Origin: Cenarchaeum sp.
GTDB taxonomy: Archaea; Thermoproteota; Nitrososphaeria; Nitrososphaerales; Nitrosopumilaceae
Direction of reading: 5' to 3'
DNA length: 64,000 bases
Assembly: GCA_965206845.1 (NCBI GenBank)
Contig: OZ242221.1
Location: 288,001 to 352,000, forward strand
Shown here: piece by piece, positions 1 to 10,928 of the stretch
Layout of the letters: the number at the start of each line of letters is the position of its first letter
Position numbering within the stretch: position 1 is the first letter of the stretch
The notes under the pieces: model-generated
Told to the model about the DNA's origin: nothing
The model's database searches: none
The model's input: only the letters and a program-made list of their open reading frames with translations
Program-made: the position numbers and the translations under genes

Positions 1-445
1 CACGCCGTCGCCGGCTGCTTGCAAGAGAAGATTCTGCATACTATATGCATTGGGCGCATGCTGTTAAAAATGCATGTTCCCGACTGGCCGGGGTGTGGAC
101 CAGATGGCGGCCGGCACGCAGGATACCGCGTTTGGTTCGACTGGCGCCCAAGCCTTGCCCTTGTGGCGCATGCCTGGATCCATGCAGGGCAGCAATACCT
201 TGCCGGCGCCGCACTCCCTTTGCCGGCCGAATCTGCAGACAGCGACGCTCCAGAATAGCTGCACGGCGCAGCGCGGTCCCGCAGGGACTTGGCTCACAAT
301 TAGCAAGTCATATAGTGGATGCGGACTCCAAGCATGGGCGCGCACGGCCCCGCTTACCGCGGATCGGTTCCAGAAATTCACGATCCGCCCTGTAGGCCAT
401 ATGACACAGCGGCTGTCAGACACGCTGGCCTGCAGCAGATCTGGC

Positions 446-2485
446 CTAGATGTCCTCGTCTATGCCTTTGAGCTGCACCCTCTTCATTTTAAGAATCGTA
501 AAGATTCCAATGATCGCCGCAATCCACACGGAGCTGAAGATGATGTTTGAGACGCTGACATACATGTACGGAGTGGCATCCATTACGTTTTTGCGGATCG
601 TCTCTGCGTTGGTCTTGATATCCAGCATGCCCACACTGTATGAGGCGCTGTCCTTGGACACGGCAGCAACCGTCTCTAGCTGTATCGACATCTGAACCAG
701 GTTGTCGCTTATTCTGTTAAAGTCTGTAGTCGCCGTGGGGAATATCCATACCGGGTTCTTGTTCTCCGGCAGCTTGTCCCAGATGCTCCCCAGGTGTGCC
801 TCAGTCGCAGCCAAGTGCTGGCGGATTAGTTCGGGGTCTGATGTGGCAGCTATTGAGGCCAGGTGACCGCGCATCTGATCCATCGGGTATATCGTACTGT
901 CATATCCCACAAGGGCCATTATGCTGCCAAAGGCAATAATGGTAACTATGCCAACCACTGCAACCTTGTATATCTTGTTGGACAATCTCTCTTCTCTGGT
1001 GGGTGGTCTGTCTAGGCTTGATTTATTTCTTTTAAATCTCGAGTGTGCCAGGCTCAGATAGGCGACATAGAAGAACCCCAGGGTCTGGATTGCTATAATG
1101 GGTGCAAAGACTGCATCGTGCGAGAATATGGAGATCAGCACCCCGAGTATCCCGTAGATGCCAAAGAAGATCTCCAGCAGGGTGGTCTTTGTGAACGGAA
1201 GGTTGTACGCCTTGCCCTTCCAGCCGTCCTGCTTTGTTATTATCCCGTACTTTGGGGTTCTCAGAAACTCGTTCTTCTTTCCCAGCACGGCATCAAACAC
1301 CGCCACCGTGTTATTGACTGACAGCCCGGCGTTGTACACTATGAGCGATGGAAGCGTCTTGGCCTTGGACTTCCACGATCCGTGATACATGTGCTGTATT
1401 ATCAACAGGTATGCGCCGGGACCCATGGCCAGATACATGGCTATGGTAAGCAGGGGCAGAAAACTCACCAGATACAGGTTTGTCGCGTCAGACGCCAAGA
1501 GTATCGGCAGGGCAAGAAACTGGATGAGGACAAAGGGGTACACGATATGTCGGGTAAGCTGAATGAACGCCTGCAGTTTTGCCTCTACGGCGATCTTCTT
1601 CTTTACCGCAACATCCAGGAGCAGCTTGATCGCGCACTGGATCGAGCCCTTTGCCCACCGGAACTGCTGCCTCTTTGCCGCGTTCATCTGGACGGGAAGC
1701 TCCGCATCCACCACGACGTCTGAGAGAAAGAGGCACTTCCAGCCATTCATCTGTGCGCGGTAGCTGAGATCCAGATCCTCGACCAAGGTGGCAGTGTGCC
1801 AGCCGCCGGCGTCCTCGATGCACTCACTTCTCCAGATTCCCGCGGTGCCGTTAAAGTTCATGAACAGGTGGGAGTTGCTCTTTGCCGTCTGCTCTATCAA
1901 GAAGTGGAAGTCGAGGCTCAGCGCCTGTGCCCTTGTAATGGCCGAATAGTCCTCGTTCGCGTGGCCCCATCTGCACTGCACCAGGCCGATGTTTGGCTTT
2001 GTAAAGTGCGGAATGGCCCTCTGTAGAAACCAGCTGGGAGGCATAAAGTCCGCGTCAAATATGGCGACAAACTCGGTGTCGGTGGACTTCATTGCGTGCT
2101 TGAGGGCCCCGGCCTTGTACCCCCTTCTGGTGCCCCGCCGGACATGCTCTATGTCAAATCCCCGCTCGCGGTACTTTTTGATCAGATCGCCTAGCACCTG
2201 CACGGTGTCATCGTCCGAATCGTCTAGCACCATTATCCTCACCTTTTCCCTCGGATACTCGATTGCACAGACCGCATCCACGAGCCTGGCAGCCACGTAC
2301 TTTTCGTTGTATATGGGCAGCTGTATCGTGATTGACGGAAAGCTCATCTCGATCTGCTTGTGCGTGGTGCTGCGCCTGGAAGACAGGAACGCCAGATAGT
2401 AAAAATTCATCGTGTATCCGGTTATCACAACGGCAGAGAGGATGAACATGCCGAACATAAACTGGGTAAAGGGATTTATCTCCAT
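446..2485 (-). CDS. Cellulose-synthase-like GT2 glycosyltransferase, multi-pass membrane protein
   Basis: QLPIYNE, DDS, KAGAL, FDAD, EDLDL and QQFRW (QxxRW) motifs plus TM segments. Start moved to MEINPF at 2485, downstream of an AT-rich TATA-like tract. Confidence 0.9.
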   Translation of the reverse strand: MEINPFTQFMFGMFILSAVVITGYTMNFYYLAFLSSRRSTTHKQIEMSFPSITIQLPIYNEKYVAARLVDAVCAIEYPREKVRIMVLDDSDDDTVQVLGDLIKKYRERGFDIEHVRRGTRRGYKAGALKHAMKSTDTEFVAIFDADFMPPSWFLQRAIPHFTKPNIGLVQCRWGHANEDYSAITRAQALSLDFHFLIEQTAKSNSHLFMNFNGTAGIWRSECIEDAGGWHTATLVEDLDLSYRAQMNGWKCLFLSDVVVDAELPVQMNAAKRQQFRWAKGSIQCAIKLLLDVAVKKKIAVEAKLQAFIQLTRHIVYPFVLIQFLALPILLASDATNLYLVSFLPLLTIAMYLAMGPGAYLLIIQHMYHGSWKSKAKTLPSLIVYNAGLSVNNTVAVFDAVLGKKNEFLRTPKYGIITKQDGWKGKAYNLPFTKTTLLEIFFGIYGILGVLISIFSHDAVFAPIIAIQTLGFFYVAYLSLAHSRFKRNKSSLDRPPTREERLSNKIYKVAVVGIVTIIAFGSIMALVGYDSTIYPMDQMRGHLASIAATSDPELIRQHLAATEAHLGSIWDKLPENKNPVWIFPTATTDFNRISDNLVQMSIQLETVAAVSKDSASYSVGMLDIKTNAETIRKNVMDATPYMYVSVSNIIFSSVWIAAIIGIFTILKMKRVQLKGIDEDI

Positions 2486-2712
2486 CCTGCTAGCTAAAAT
2501 GCCACATTCTCTATTTATGTTTGTGACGAAAATGCCCGGCACCTGCCGTGCCGAACCGGATACAGGACATGCAAGATGACGGCGTGGCGCCATGCAACGC
2601 CTGCGCATGCCCAGGCCATCCCCCATGCACCCGCAGGTAAAGGGCGCGACAGGGTACGGCGCGGATAGGGCCAGGATCGCTCGAGTCTGGTACCAGGATA
2701 TGAAACGGCAGA

Positions 2713-3681
2713 TTATGCCCCGTTCACGAATATTTTGATTGCCTTTGGCGGGCAGACGCCCTCGCAGGCGAGGCAGAATATGCAGTCCGGCTCCTTGGAC
2801 ATCAGTGGCTTTCTCTCAGAGGCTGGGTTTCCCGGCGTGTCAAACCACTCGTAGACATCCACCGGGCATGCGTCTATGCACGCACCGTCGGCAACGCAGA
2901 TATCAAAGTCCACAGCGACAAACTCGCCCCAGACACCCATTATGGCGTTCTCGGTTCCTTTTCTTCCCCAGGTCTTGATGGTGTGGCTGCCGTCTGCCAC
3001 TGCAAACGGTGCCGATACCGGTACGTGTGACTTGAACCCTACGTCTATTGGTCCGGGCTTTGCTCCGTCTGGCACCTCGATCACCTCCTCGATTGAGCCA
3101 GCGTCCTGCATGGACGCGCTGGGAGCCGCAATTTTGGGCTTTGGTTTCGCATTTGGAACGATCTTTGCCAGCGGTGTCAGTTCCTCCAGCCGATCCATTG
3201 CCTGTACATCGGATATGTTCTCTGTTTTTGTCAGGGACTCGATCATCTTGTCTGCAAGTATGGTATTGCGAAGCATTGTGTCGATTATCATCTTGGCAAA
3301 GTGATCCGCCTTTTTGCGGTAGTTTGTCACCCACTGCTGATCACCGAACTTTTCGATCGGGAATATCTGATAAATGATATCGACCACCTCGCCGGTGACT
3401 ATCTCCACTGTGATTGAGAGCTCGGCCTCCTCGTAGTCTGGGGCCTCGGGGTCATCAGAGCTCCGTTCGTTCCATCGATATGTGGCATAGATGCGATCCG
3501 CGTACATGTCCATCTCAAACGTCTTCTTCAGACCGTCATGAATCGACTTGATGTCTGCTGGCTCGTCGACCTTGATCGGCAGCCGGTAGAGTCCCAGCTT
3601 GAAGCCGTGAAGTGGATACACCCCGCGCTTTGCGGTCGGGGCCTCCATGGTGTAAACTCTGTCTTTTAGTAGAAGAGACAT
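2713..3681 (-). CDS. Protein with C-terminal dicluster Fe-S ferredoxin domain and unknown N-terminal domain
   Basis: CVADGACIDACP and CIFCLACEGVCP cluster motifs at the C-terminus. Confidence 0.85.
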   Translation of the reverse strand: MSLLLKDRVYTMEAPTAKRGVYPLHGFKLGLYRLPIKVDEPADIKSIHDGLKKTFEMDMYADRIYATYRWNERSSDDPEAPDYEEAELSITVEIVTGEVVDIIYQIFPIEKFGDQQWVTNYRKKADHFAKMIIDTMLRNTILADKMIESLTKTENISDVQAMDRLEELTPLAKIVPNAKPKPKIAAPSASMQDAGSIEEVIEVPDGAKPGPIDVGFKSHVPVSAPFAVADGSHTIKTWGRKGTENAIMGVWGEFVAVDFDICVADGACIDACPVDVYEWFDTPGNPASERKPLMSKEPDCIFCLACEGVCPPKAIKIFVNGA

Positions 3682-3935
3682 CTAATCCAGCATGAATGCC
3701 GATTATTTAAAAACCTTGTCAGGAATCGCAGCAGGATGCAGGCCAGGGCTCTGCGCCCTGCACCGTTTACGCCCAAATCTCCTCCGGGCCGCCGGGGGCA
3801 CTTGACAATCCATGGATGTCGCAAGAGCATCCGGATCTGCGATCCCAAGGGACGGCAATGCGCGATCCGGATCCGGGGCGCGTCTGCCGTTTCAGCGCAC
3901 TATCCCAGCCCGCAATGGAGCCAAGGGATTCTGGC

Positions 3936-4196
3936 CTAGGGGGTATCGGGTGTCTCGACGTATATTCCCGCCACGTCACTGTTCAGCTTGTTCCAGTAGA
4001 CATCGCACTGCGGAAGCTGAAAGTCCGCCGCTTTGCATGCCTCAAAATCCGCGGTGTTTGCCCTCTGAATCTTGTCGCCATACAGTACGTCGTCGCCTAT
4101 TACTAGGCCGATGAGCGCGATGGTAGAAAGAGATGCGGCCACCAGAATCATGCCGAATCCGACCTTTCTGTAGTTGTGTGGGTTTTCTGTCTCCAT
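3936..4196 (-). CDS. Small membrane-anchored hypothetical protein
   Basis: 86-aa ORF with one hydrophobic helix and a TATA-like tract upstream. Confidence 0.65.
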   Translation of the reverse strand: METENPHNYRKVGFGMILVAASLSTIALIGLVIGDDVLYGDKIQRANTADFEACKAADFQLPQCDVYWNKLNSDVAGIYVETPDTP

Positions 4197-4364
4197 CTAG
4201 GCGGTGTCTTCTGTGGCGGCATTTAATCTTTTCAAAATCTTGGCGCACGGTTCCGCACAGGACCGGGGATCCGGACTCCTCTTGGCGCGTGCCGGGGAAA
4301 GGGGCGAGTCCGTACGCCGGCATTGCCGGGAAAAATAGAAAAGTAACGGCCGCCCAACAGGCGC

Positions 4365-4700
4365 ATGACCATCCAGGTTCTTCACTATGAGTTTCTGGGG
4401 CCTGTCCCCATCTCCGAGTGGGGACCGCCGATGGAGAAGGTGGTCTACATACTTTTGTCCAGGAGCAAGGAGAGGTTCACGATCATATACGCCGACGAGT
4501 GCGAGGAGACGGACGCTGTCGGCTATTTTACAAAAAACCCCCTGTCTAAGAACTGGATACGCGCAGCCGGCGGCGAGAAGAACCTTTACATGTGCATACT
4601 CCCGCTCTTCGAGTCCGATGCACCGCAGCGCCAGGGCATTGTCGCGCGCATAGTATCCCGGTACAAACCAGAGTGCAACTTTCAAGAGGCGGACGGATAG
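4365..4700 (+). CDS. Hypothetical protein, possibly GIY-YIG-like fold
   Basis: 111 aa with VVYILL...IIYADE pattern and YKPECN C-terminus. The fold is an inference. Confidence 0.65.
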   Translation: MTIQVLHYEFLGPVPISEWGPPMEKVVYILLSRSKERFTIIYADECEETDAVGYFTKNPLSKNWIRAAGGEKNLYMCILPLFESDAPQRQGIVARIVSRYKPECNFQEADG

Positions 4701-4798
4701 GTCCATTGCATGCTCTGCGGGCCGCGCATGTGATTTTGGCCAGGCCGGCGGGCAGTCCGTGAGGCATGTCCCCTACCGCGAGCCGGTTCTTTGTCCTG

Positions 4799-4936
4799 AG
4801 ACATGATCCGCAATTGAGAATCGGGCCTTTAACGCCCGTAATCTTACAGGCGTGTGCCCCAAAGCATGCAACTTTCGTATGATTATGCCAAAGATCGTGC
4901 TCTAATGTGCCTGCGTGCTAATTACGAATCATATCT
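4799..4936 (+). mobile_element. MITE family 1, copy 1 (138 bp, most diverged copy)
   Basis: Imperfect TIRs AGACATGATCCGCAATT / AATTACGAATCATATCT with a CTG direct repeat on each side. Near-identical to copies at 43807, 51993 and 63208. Confidence 0.92.
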
Positions 4937-4967
4937 CTGCAGCCGATGCCGCACCCCCATCTGCGTG

Positions 4968-5201
4968 CTATCGAGCGGTTCTGTTCTGCAGATCAAAGAA
5001 CTGCTGCAAAAGGAGATCCATCGCCTTTTTGAGGTGCTCAAACTCGTTAATCGAGTGCACCTGGCCCTCCACCAGCGCTCTCATAACCTTGACCACACTC
5101 CTCTGGTATTCGTCCGGCGCAGACACCTCTAGGGCGTTTATCTTTGAGAGCATCACATCCAGGTCCCTTCTCATCTCGTCTGCAGGGGCATGCCTCTTCA
5201 T
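4968..5201 (-). CDS. Small helical hypothetical protein
   Basis: Clean ORF with amphipathic pattern, co-oriented with neighbours. Start taken at MKRH. Confidence 0.7.
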   Translation of the reverse strand: MKRHAPADEMRRDLDVMLSKINALEVSAPDEYQRSVVKVMRALVEGQVHSINEFEHLKKAMDLLLQQFFDLQNRTAR

Positions 5202-5234
5202 GCGGCGCAACAGATCACCGCAGTATATGAATCA

Positions 5235-5387
5235 CTATAGCATGTCCTCATCGATCTTTCTTATCGAGTCAACGTACTGGCTGCATGTGCAGTCCGGAAT
5301 CTGGCATGCGCCGAGCCCCATTATCGAGCTGTTCGTGCCAGATGCCCTGTGGGCCTCGTTGGAGTGATGGCACCTGTGGCAGTTCAC
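5235..5387 (-). CDS. 50-aa Cys/His-rich putative zinc-binding microprotein (not in ORF track)
   Basis: Manual translation from GTG gives MNCHRCHHSNEAHRASGTNSSIMGLGACQIPDCTCSQYVDSIRKIDEDML. A TATA-like tract lies at about 5408-5416. Confidence 0.75.
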   Translation of the reverse strand: MNCHRCHHSNEAHRASGTNSSIMGLGACQIPDCTCSQYVDSIRKIDEDML

Positions 5388-5431
5388 GAACCAACGATCA
5401 AAATTCCTTTATTTAAGGTACGCCGGGATGT

Positions 5432-6469
5432 CTAGGGGATCAGCACTGCCCGGGCGTCTATCTCCGAGCGCTTGAGCATGCCAAGCACCTCGTTTGCCTT
5501 CTCCAAGGGAAAGGTCTCAGACACCACCCTCAGGTTGTTCTCGGCTGCAAGCCTTACCACATCTTCCATGTCCTCCCTCGAGCCGAGAAGCGTGCCCCGA
5601 ATGGTCTTCTCCTCAAACGCAAGAAAGTTTGGGATCTTTCCCACCGTGGCTATGACTACGAGGCCTCCCTTCTTTACCGCCTTGATTGCGGTGTCTGTCA
5701 CCTCGTCTGCAGGCGCAAGGACGATCGCCGCATCAAGCAGGCCCACCTCGCTTCGCAGCTTCTCCAGAAACCTGTCCTGATCCCCGCCATACCTTACCGA
5801 CCTTGCTGCCCCCAGCTCCACTGCCACATCCAGGTGCTTTTGGTTCCGAGATACAGCAATGACCTGGCACCCGTACAGTCCCGCAAACTGCACCGCCATG
5901 TGGCCCACCCCGCCTATTCCAAATATGCCCATCTTCTGTCCCCGTCTCGGCTCGCCAGCCTTTACCGCCTTGTAGGCAGTTATGCCCGCACAGAACAGGG
6001 GGGCTGCGTACTCTGGGGCCATCGAGTCCGGAACCGGCGTGGCAAAGTCCTCATGCACCGTGACATACTCCGTGTAGCCCCCTTTGAGGGACTCGCCCAG
6101 CACATCTGCCGAGTCGCAGAGGTTCTCCTTTCCTCCGGTGCAGTAGTCGCACTTGGTGCATGCCTCCAAGAGGGGCGACACGCCTGCCCGGTCTCCCACC
6201 TTGAAACGGGTTGCCCCGTCCCCGATCTCCACAACCGTACCTACCACCTCGTGGCCCGGAACCACCGGAAGCTGGGGAGGAATTCCCAGATCCTTCCAGT
6301 CGCCTTCGATTCCGTGCAGCTGAGAGTGGCAGACGCCGCAGGCCTCGATCTTCAGCAGTATCTCTTTTGGACGGCTGATCTCGTGCCTGTCAATCTCCGT
6401 AAGCTTGAGCGGGCTCCCCTCGATGGGACCCAGCTTTGAGAGCACCATAGCTCGCATCGTCCTTGCCAT
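5432..6469 (-). CDS. Zinc-dependent alcohol dehydrogenase (MDR family)
   Basis: CGVCH, GHEVVG, CxxCxxC...C structural zinc site and GIGGVG Rossmann motif. Confidence 0.93.
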   Translation of the reverse strand: MARTMRAMVLSKLGPIEGSPLKLTEIDRHEISRPKEILLKIEACGVCHSQLHGIEGDWKDLGIPPQLPVVPGHEVVGTVVEIGDGATRFKVGDRAGVSPLLEACTKCDYCTGGKENLCDSADVLGESLKGGYTEYVTVHEDFATPVPDSMAPEYAAPLFCAGITAYKAVKAGEPRRGQKMGIFGIGGVGHMAVQFAGLYGCQVIAVSRNQKHLDVAVELGAARSVRYGGDQDRFLEKLRSEVGLLDAAIVLAPADEVTDTAIKAVKKGGLVVIATVGKIPNFLAFEEKTIRGTLLGSREDMEDVVRLAAENNLRVVSETFPLEKANEVLGMLKRSEIDARAVLIP

Positions 6470-6540
6470 GGGGTGGTGGCAACCACTCTCGGATATATTC
6501 CTTCAAATAATCCTTAAAAGACTTCACGGGCACGTACCAC

Positions 6541-6771
6541 ATGGTGGACTACCGACTGACGCAGGAGGACAAGGAGCGGGTGGCAATGCTGGCCGTCGTG
6601 GAGAAGAACGGTCTCAAGCTGTTCAGCCTAAAGGAGATGGAGAGGCTGCGGGAGCTGGTGGAGAGAAAGGACTACAGCTACAGCAGGAAGGCCGACAGGG
6701 CCAAGACCAAGCTGCTAAACAAGATCAACGTGGCAATCTACGAGAAGGAGGAGGGCAGGCAGGGCATCTAG
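6541..6771 (+). CDS. Hypothetical protein
   Basis: 76-aa ORF with host-like codon use and a TATA-like tract upstream. Confidence 0.7.
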   Translation: MVDYRLTQEDKERVAMLAVVEKNGLKLFSLKEMERLRELVERKDYSYSRKADRAKTKLLNKINVAIYEKEEGRQGI

Positions 6772-6824
6772 GCGCCGCGGGCTCATAGACTACATAGTTA
6801 TATCTAGACGGCCCCGATGTTTGT

Positions 6825-8855
6825 GTGGTGGAGAACAGCCTCATTAACGAGTCGAGCCCGTACCTGCTGCAGCACGCGCGCAATCCGGTACAGTGGCACG
6901 CATGGAACGAAGCCGCCCTGAAGAGGGCCCGGGGCGAGAACAAGCCCATCTTCTTGAGCATCGGGTACAGCTCATGCCACTGGTGCCACGTCATGGCCCA
7001 CGAGTCCTTTGAGAACGAGGATGTGGCCAGGATCATGAACGAGAACTTTGTGAACATCAAGGTGGACAGGGAGGAAAGGCCGGATCTTGACGACATATAC
7101 CAGAAGGTGTGCCAGATGGCCACTCGCCAGGGAGGGTGGCCCCTCAGCGTGTTTCTGACCCCGGACCAAAGGCCGTTCTACGTCGGAACGTACTTTCCCG
7201 TACTGGACTCCTACGGCCGTCCCGGCTTTGGCAGCATACTGAGGCAGCTTGCCCAGGCCTGGAAGGAGGATCATGCCAGGGTCGTCCGATCCGCGGAGAG
7301 CTTCTTGGGCAACCTTCAGAGGATCCAGCCTGCCGCGGTGAGCGGCGAGCTGGACAGGGCCACGCTTGATGAGGCGGCAGTCAACCTGTACCAGATGGGC
7401 GATGCCACGTACGGCGGCTTTGGCGGCGCCCCAAAGTTCCCCAGTGCGGCCAGCATCTCGTTTCTGTTCCGGTACTCAAGGCTGTCCGGAATCACCAGGT
7501 TTCAGGAATTTGGGCTAAAGACGCTGAACAGGATGGCCCGGGGTGGCATATTTGACCAGATAGGCGGCGGTTTTCACCGGTACTCCACCGACGCAAGGTG
7601 GCTGGTGCCGCACTTTGAGAAGATGCTGTACGACAACGCGCTGGTGCCCGTCAACTACGCCGAGGCCTACCAGATTACCCGGGATCCGTTCTACCTGGAT
7701 GTAATGCACAGCACCCTGGGGTTTGTGCTGCGGGAGATGACCTCGCCGCAAGGCGGGTTTTACTCCGCAATGGATGCGGATTCGGAGGGCGAGGAGGGCC
7801 TGTTCTACGTCTGGACAAAGTCCGAGATACGCGACATCTTGGGCGAGGACGCAGACGTCTTCTGCACTTACTATGACGTCACAGACGGCGGAAACTGGGA
7901 GGGCAGGACCATACTGTGCAACAACACAAACATATCTGCTGTCGCCTTTCATGCAGGCAAGACCGAACAGGAGGTACGGCAGATCCTGAAGGAATCCGCA
8001 CAAAAGCTGCTGGATGTTCGCGCGTCGCGGGTGCGCCCGGGCATGGACGACAAGATCCTAACCTCCTGGAACGCGCTCATGATCACCGCCCTGGCAAAGG
8101 GATACCGCCTGACCCGCCGGCAGGAGTACCTTGATGCGGCGGAACGGTGCGCCGGCTTTATCCTAAGGAAGATGTACCATGACGGCACGCTGCTGCGCGT
8201 GCACAGCGGCGGCCATGGAAAGATCCACGGCTATCTGGAGGACTATGCCTTCTTTGCATGCTCGCTCTTGGATCTGTTTGAGGTTACGGCAGAGGCGTCC
8301 TACCTCGAGTACGCGCGGGAGATGGCAGGGCACATGCTGGACCATTTCTGGGATGCGCAGGACGGCAGCTTCTTCATGACATCAGACAGCCACGAGAGGC
8401 TCATCATCAGGCCAAAGAGCAACCATGACCTGTCCCTGCCGTCTGGAAACTCCGTTGCCGCGGGCCTGCTGCTCCGGCTATACCACTTGGTACAGGATCG
8501 CAGGTTCCTGGATGTGTCCGCCGCTGTTATGGGATCCCAGGCCGTCTCTGCCGCAGAGAACCCGTTTGGATTCAGCCACCTCCTGAACGTAATCTACACG
8601 TACCTGAGGAGGCCTGTCGAGGTCACCGTACTGGGCAGGCACAACCCGGAGCTGGTCAGCTCGATAGAGCAGAGGTTCCTTCCCGAGGGCCTGATCGTAA
8701 CGGTACCAGAGAAGAGGCAGCTTGCCGGGCTTGCAGGGTATGCGTTCTTTGCTGGAAAGGAGTTTCCCGCGGACAGGACGCAGGTGTACATATGCCGGGA
8801 CGCTGCATGCTCGCTGCCCTTGGAGAGTCTGGACGAGATAGAGCCGCTGCTCTAG
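6825..8855 (+). CDS. Thioredoxin-domain / six-hairpin glycosidase-like protein (YyaL/SSP411 family)
   Basis: [23 protein letters not shown] and [11 protein letters not shown] motifs. Confidence 0.93.
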   Translation: MVENSLINESSPYLLQHARNPVQWHAWNEAALKRARGENKPIFLSIGYSSCHWCHVMAHESFENEDVARIMNENFVNIKVDREERPDLDDIYQKVCQMATRQGGWPLSVFLTPDQRPFYVGTYFPVLDSYGRPGFGSILRQLAQAWKEDHARVVRSAESFLGNLQRIQPAAVSGELDRATLDEAAVNLYQMGDATYGGFGGAPKFPSAASISFLFRYSRLSGITRFQEFGLKTLNRMARGGIFDQIGGGFHRYSTDARWLVPHFEKMLYDNALVPVNYAEAYQITRDPFYLDVMHSTLGFVLREMTSPQGGFYSAMDADSEGEEGLFYVWTKSEIRDILGEDADVFCTYYDVTDGGNWEGRTILCNNTNISAVAFHAGKTEQEVRQILKESAQKLLDVRASRVRPGMDDKILTSWNALMITALAKGYRLTRRQEYLDAAERCAGFILRKMYHDGTLLRVHSGGHGKIHGYLEDYAFFACSLLDLFEVTAEASYLEYAREMAGHMLDHFWDAQDGSFFMTSDSHERLIIRPKSNHDLSLPSGNSVAAGLLLRLYHLVQDRRFLDVSAAVMGSQAVSAAENPFGFSHLLNVIYTYLRRPVEVTVLGRHNPELVSSIEQRFLPEGLIVTVPEKRQLAGLAGYAFFAGKEFPADRTQVYICRDAACSLPLESLDEIEPLL

Positions 8856-8871
8856 CCGGTCAGCGGTCGGC

Positions 8872-9201
8872 CTACCGCGCGCGCATCTTGGTGATGCCGA
8901 TGTCTAAAATCTGGCCCACCTGTGGGCGCCCCAGCCGCTCGTACCTGCTGCTGGGCATCGTTATGTTGATGGAGGTCTGCTGATAGCTCTTGATCTTTAT
9001 GGTGGGCTGTGCTTGAAGTATGGCCTCCAGGATTGGCATTATGTGCTGTTTTGTGTCGCTGTCCAGTTTTTTGGACAGTGACTCGCGGATCAACTGCTTT
9101 TGCGAGACTGGCTCTGTGTTGACGTTCTCAACTGCCGTCAGTTGAACCGCCTTGCCGTTGTCCACTATCTGCTGGATCCTAAACTCGTTAACCTCGGGCA
9201 T
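8872..9201 (-). CDS. Hypothetical protein
   Basis: C-terminal 109 aa of the track ORF, from MPEVNE, look like a real protein. The upstream extension is GC-rich noise. Confidence 0.7.
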   Translation of the reverse strand: MPEVNEFRIQQIVDNGKAVQLTAVENVNTEPVSQKQLIRESLSKKLDSDTKQHIMPILEAILQAQPTIKIKSYQQTSINITMPSSRYERLGRPQVGQILDIGITKMRAR

Positions 9202-9535
9202 TACCCTGTCTGGAAACCAAGCAGATTTATCTCTACCGTATCTGTGCCGTCGGGACCTGATCGCGGCATTTCCCGATCCGCCGTGCTTGCGCGCAGGCGC
9301 CGCCGGCCACATGATCGTGGTACCGTCTCCACGGCAGCCCTTCGGCGTGCCGTCCGCGCGACTACGCCCCGATCGAGCCGGCAGGCCGGACGGCATCACG
9401 GCCATGCATGTCCTGCCGCAGGACGCGCACCGTGACCGTCCCTGCCAGGCCCGATCCCAGGTCCGGGCACGGCAGCAGGGCCGACTGGCACACACACAAG
9501 TTATTTAAGATCATACGGATTCAACCAGAGCAGAA

Positions 9536-10363
9536 ATGCCCAGTCCAGATCAGTCCAAGTCCGCGCGCAGGCCTTCACCGCCAGATGGCGCGAAGCGGCC
9601 GCCCCCAGACTCCCCGACACCCAAGGGATCTGGCATGCCCCGCCGGACAGGCAACGACCCGCGCCTAGTGGTATCACTGATGGCCGCCGTAACCGTGGCT
9701 GCATTTCTTGGCGGGTACACCCTAGGGGACATGAACGATTCTGACGTCATTGCGCGCAGCGAGTCCACAGGGTTGCAGGAGGCTGATAAGGCAGAGTCCG
9801 GCCAGCTGCGCGCCGCCATCTCCATAGACGACGATCCCATACTGGGAGAGCCCAACGCGCCTGTAACCATAGTGGAGTTTTCTGACTTTCAGTGCCCCTT
9901 CTGTGCCAGGTTCCACCAGGAGACACTGCCGCGCATAGAGCAGGAGTACATCAGTACGGGCGTGGTAAACCTGGTGTACCGGGACATGCCGCTTCGCTCC
10001 CATGAAAACGCCATCCCCGCCCACATAGCGGCAGAGTGCGCAGACGTGCAGGGCGCCTTTTGGGCGTACCACGACATACTCTTTGAACACCAGAGGGAGT
10101 GGAGGGACGCTGGAGACGCGGAGCTGAATGCCAAGCTGCAAGGATATGCTGCAGAGCTGAACCTGGACTCGTCGTTTGGCGCATGTACAAGATCCTCAAG
10201 CATATCAGAGGAGATAGCTGCCGATGTCGCTCAGGCCAGGAGCTACGGTGTTGGCGCGACGCCCACGTTCTTTGTGGGAAACGCAGAGAGCGGCTATGTA
10301 ATGATAGAGGGGGCAAAACCGTTCTCTGAGTTTAAAAGCGCCATAGACGCCGCACTGACATGA
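9536..10363 (+). CDS. Membrane-anchored DsbA-family thiol-disulfide oxidoreductase
   Basis: EFSDFQCPFC active site, cis-Pro ATPTF motif and N-terminal TM helix. Confidence 0.92.
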   Translation: MPSPDQSKSARRPSPPDGAKRPPPDSPTPKGSGMPRRTGNDPRLVVSLMAAVTVAAFLGGYTLGDMNDSDVIARSESTGLQEADKAESGQLRAAISIDDDPILGEPNAPVTIVEFSDFQCPFCARFHQETLPRIEQEYISTGVVNLVYRDMPLRSHENAIPAHIAAECADVQGAFWAYHDILFEHQREWRDAGDAELNAKLQGYAAELNLDSSFGACTRSSSISEEIAADVAQARSYGVGATPTFFVGNAESGYVMIEGAKPFSEFKSAIDAALT

Positions 10364-10815
10364 TGTGGCGGCTGGAGCTAGAGGAGAACTATTTCCACAT
10401 ATATGACTCAAAGAAGGACATAGCAGGATATCTGGATCCCGACTACGGCAACGTCCAGCCAGAGGACGAACAGGACAGAATAATCGAGAGGATGCTAAAG
10501 GAGCGCGATACCGTGCAGGGCGCGTTTTTGATGCTGCCCATGGTAAAGTTCGGGGTATTTGACGTAGAGCACCTGGACGTGTCGTCCCTGCAGGACCAGA
10601 TAAGGGCCGCAGACGCCAGGGTTGTCGCATGGAGAAGGTTTCTTGACGGCCGGGGCGGGATTCCCCACTGGATCCACGTATCCCACACGGATCAGGACAT
10701 GCTCGCCGTTACAATTCCCATCAGGTTCTCAAGGCCCACGCCGCTAAAGGAGAGTGCGCTTCTAGAGGAAGCGGCGCCCATTCTGGATCAGCTGCATGAC
10801 CTGCGCCTATTGTGA
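10360..10815 (+). CDS. Hypothetical protein
   Basis: 151-aa ORF overlapping the DsbA stop codon (ATGA coupling). Confidence 0.7.
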   Translation: MMWRLELEENYFHIYDSKKDIAGYLDPDYGNVQPEDEQDRIIERMLKERDTVQGAFLMLPMVKFGVFDVEHLDVSSLQDQIRAADARVVAWRRFLDGRGGIPHWIHVSHTDQDMLAVTIPIRFSRPTPLKESALLEEAAPILDQLHDLRLL

Positions 10816-10928
10816 GGTTGCCGCGCATACGGGGCCCGGAGTGCGCATATCCGCCAGGCAGAATGGGCCGTGTGCGTGGCGTTGCCATCCCACGAGATGC
10901 GCTTGCAGCCAGATGCAGGTCAGGCGCA

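Noticed and set aside
1-445. Overlapping short ORFs at the window start
   Set aside because: None has recognisable motifs or a convincing start context, so the region is treated as intergenic or unresolved.
4854-5132. ORFs starting or ending in MITE-1 (also 52047-52253 and 52090-52278)
   Set aside because: They are incidental frames through the repeat with no independent coding signal.
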